Source: Flavobacteriaceae bacterium (lineage in GTDB: Bacteria > Bacteroidota > Bacteroidia > Flavobacteriales > Flavobacteriaceae). From it: DNA of 64,000 bases. Positions within the stretch are counted from its first letter, which is position 1. Each line of letters starts with the position of its first letter. This document shows, in pieces, positions 63,069 through 64,000 of the stretch. A program made the translations under genes and the position numbers. The notes under the pieces were generated by a model. It was not told the DNA's origin and made no database searches. It saw nothing but the letters and a program-made list of their open reading frames with translations. The DNA lies in the NCBI GenBank assembly GCA_045561735.1, contig JBJKXC010000026.1, positions 2,255-66,254 on the forward strand, written 5' to 3'.

Positions 63069-64000
63069 TTAATCTAGAGAGAAAGTTGTACCGTCTTTAC
63101 CGTCTTTTAAATGGATGCCGATTTCCACCAATTGATCTCTTATTTGATCAGAAAGCGCAAAGTTTTTTTCCGTTCGTGCTTGATTTCTCAAACTTATAAG
63201 AATCGCAATCGTTTCAGAGAGTTTTTCATCCTGAGATCCAACAGTCGATGTTTCTTGCAGTCCTAAAACATCAAAAATAAAAGCCTCCATCGTTTCTTTT
63301 AGGGTTTCTAAGCTTTCGGAATCTACACCATTTGACCCATCTTTTATTTGGTTGATATACTTTACAGCATTGAAGAGCTCCGCAATCAAAATTGGAGTAT
63401 TAAAGTCATCATTCATTGCAGCATAACAACTTTGTTTCCATTCTGATACGCTAAAGTCAGAGGGAGAGGTTGAAGCTTCCAAATTTTTAAGGGTTTTCAG
63501 GGCATCCATCAGCTTTACAAACCCTTTTTCAGAAGCGACCAAGGCGTCATTACTAAAATCTAAAATACTGCGGTAGTGGGCCTGCATCATGAAAAAACGG
63601 ACAACTGAAGGCGCAAAACCTTTAGATAATTGTTTGGTATTCCCGCTTAATATTTCTCCAGGTAAAATGTTATTACCTGTTGACTTTGCCATTTTTTGGC
63701 CGTTAAGAGTCAACATATTGGCGTGTACCCAATAATTTACAGGTTTGTAACCATTCCAAGCCATAGCCTGCGCGATTTCACATTCGTGGTGGGGGAATTT
63801 TAAATCAATACCACCTCCGTGAATGTCAAAATGTTTTCCTAAATATTTTATACTCATTGCGGTACACTCAATGTGCCAACCGGGAAATCCCAAACCCCAT
63901 GGGGAAGGCCACTGCATGATATGTTTTGGTTCTGCTTTTTTCCATAAAGCAAAATCTTGAGGATTTTTTTTATCAGTTTGACCGTCTAAAGTTCGGGTGT
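63069..64000 (-). CDS. cysS: Cysteine--tRNA ligase (5' part outside window)
   Basis: [36 protein letters not shown]; frame open to the window edge. Confidence 0.97.
   Translation of the reverse strand, partial: TRTLDGQTDKKNPQDFALWKKAEPKHIMQWPSPWGLGFPGWHIECTAMSIKYLGKHFDIHGGGIDLKFPHHECEIAQAMAWNGYKPVNYWVHANMLTLNGQKMAKSTGNNILPGEILSGNTKQLSKGFAPSVVRFFMMQAHYRSILDFSNDALVASEKGFVKLMDALKTLKNLEASTSPSDFSVSEWKQSCYAAMNDDFNTPILIAELFNAVKYINQIKDGSNGVDSESLETLKETMEAFIFDVLGLQETSTVGSQDEKLSETIAILISLRNQARTEKNFALSDQIRDQLVEIGIHLKDGKDGTTFSLD

Overview
AT-rich chromosomal segment of a marine Flavobacteriaceae (Bacteroidota) bacterium, judged from TAnnTTTG -7 promoter elements, the porU-porV-gldJ type IX secretion/gliding genes, NhaD and a laminarin locus. 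It is mostly core genome: ABC-F, lysS, lipB, rnhB, anmK, folC, pdhA/pdhC, cdd, porV, porU, gldJ, murF, ffh, folD, rluF, queE, asnB, gyrB, mdh, secDF, lgt, yidD and cysS, plus three tRNAs (fMet-CAT, Val-TAC, Val-GAC). I see no integrase, transposase, CRISPR array, prophage or defence system. The accessory signal is small-scale. (i) A one-gene islet behind tRNA-fMet is bounded by a perfect 20-bp direct repeat and homologous terminators and carries a SnoaL+ABM fusion lipoprotein; the tRNA itself has a C8 run in its T-arm. (ii) A stripped-down, SusC/D-less laminarin operon (GH149-like phosphorylase, GH-A lipoprotein, GH30, MFS) is flanked by apparent gene scars. (iii) A surface lipoprotein with an HFS (possible autoproteolysis) motif sits behind tRNA-Val. 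(iv) Several erosion scars and altered domain architectures suggest genome streamlining. All family calls are from motif recognition by eye; no database search was run.
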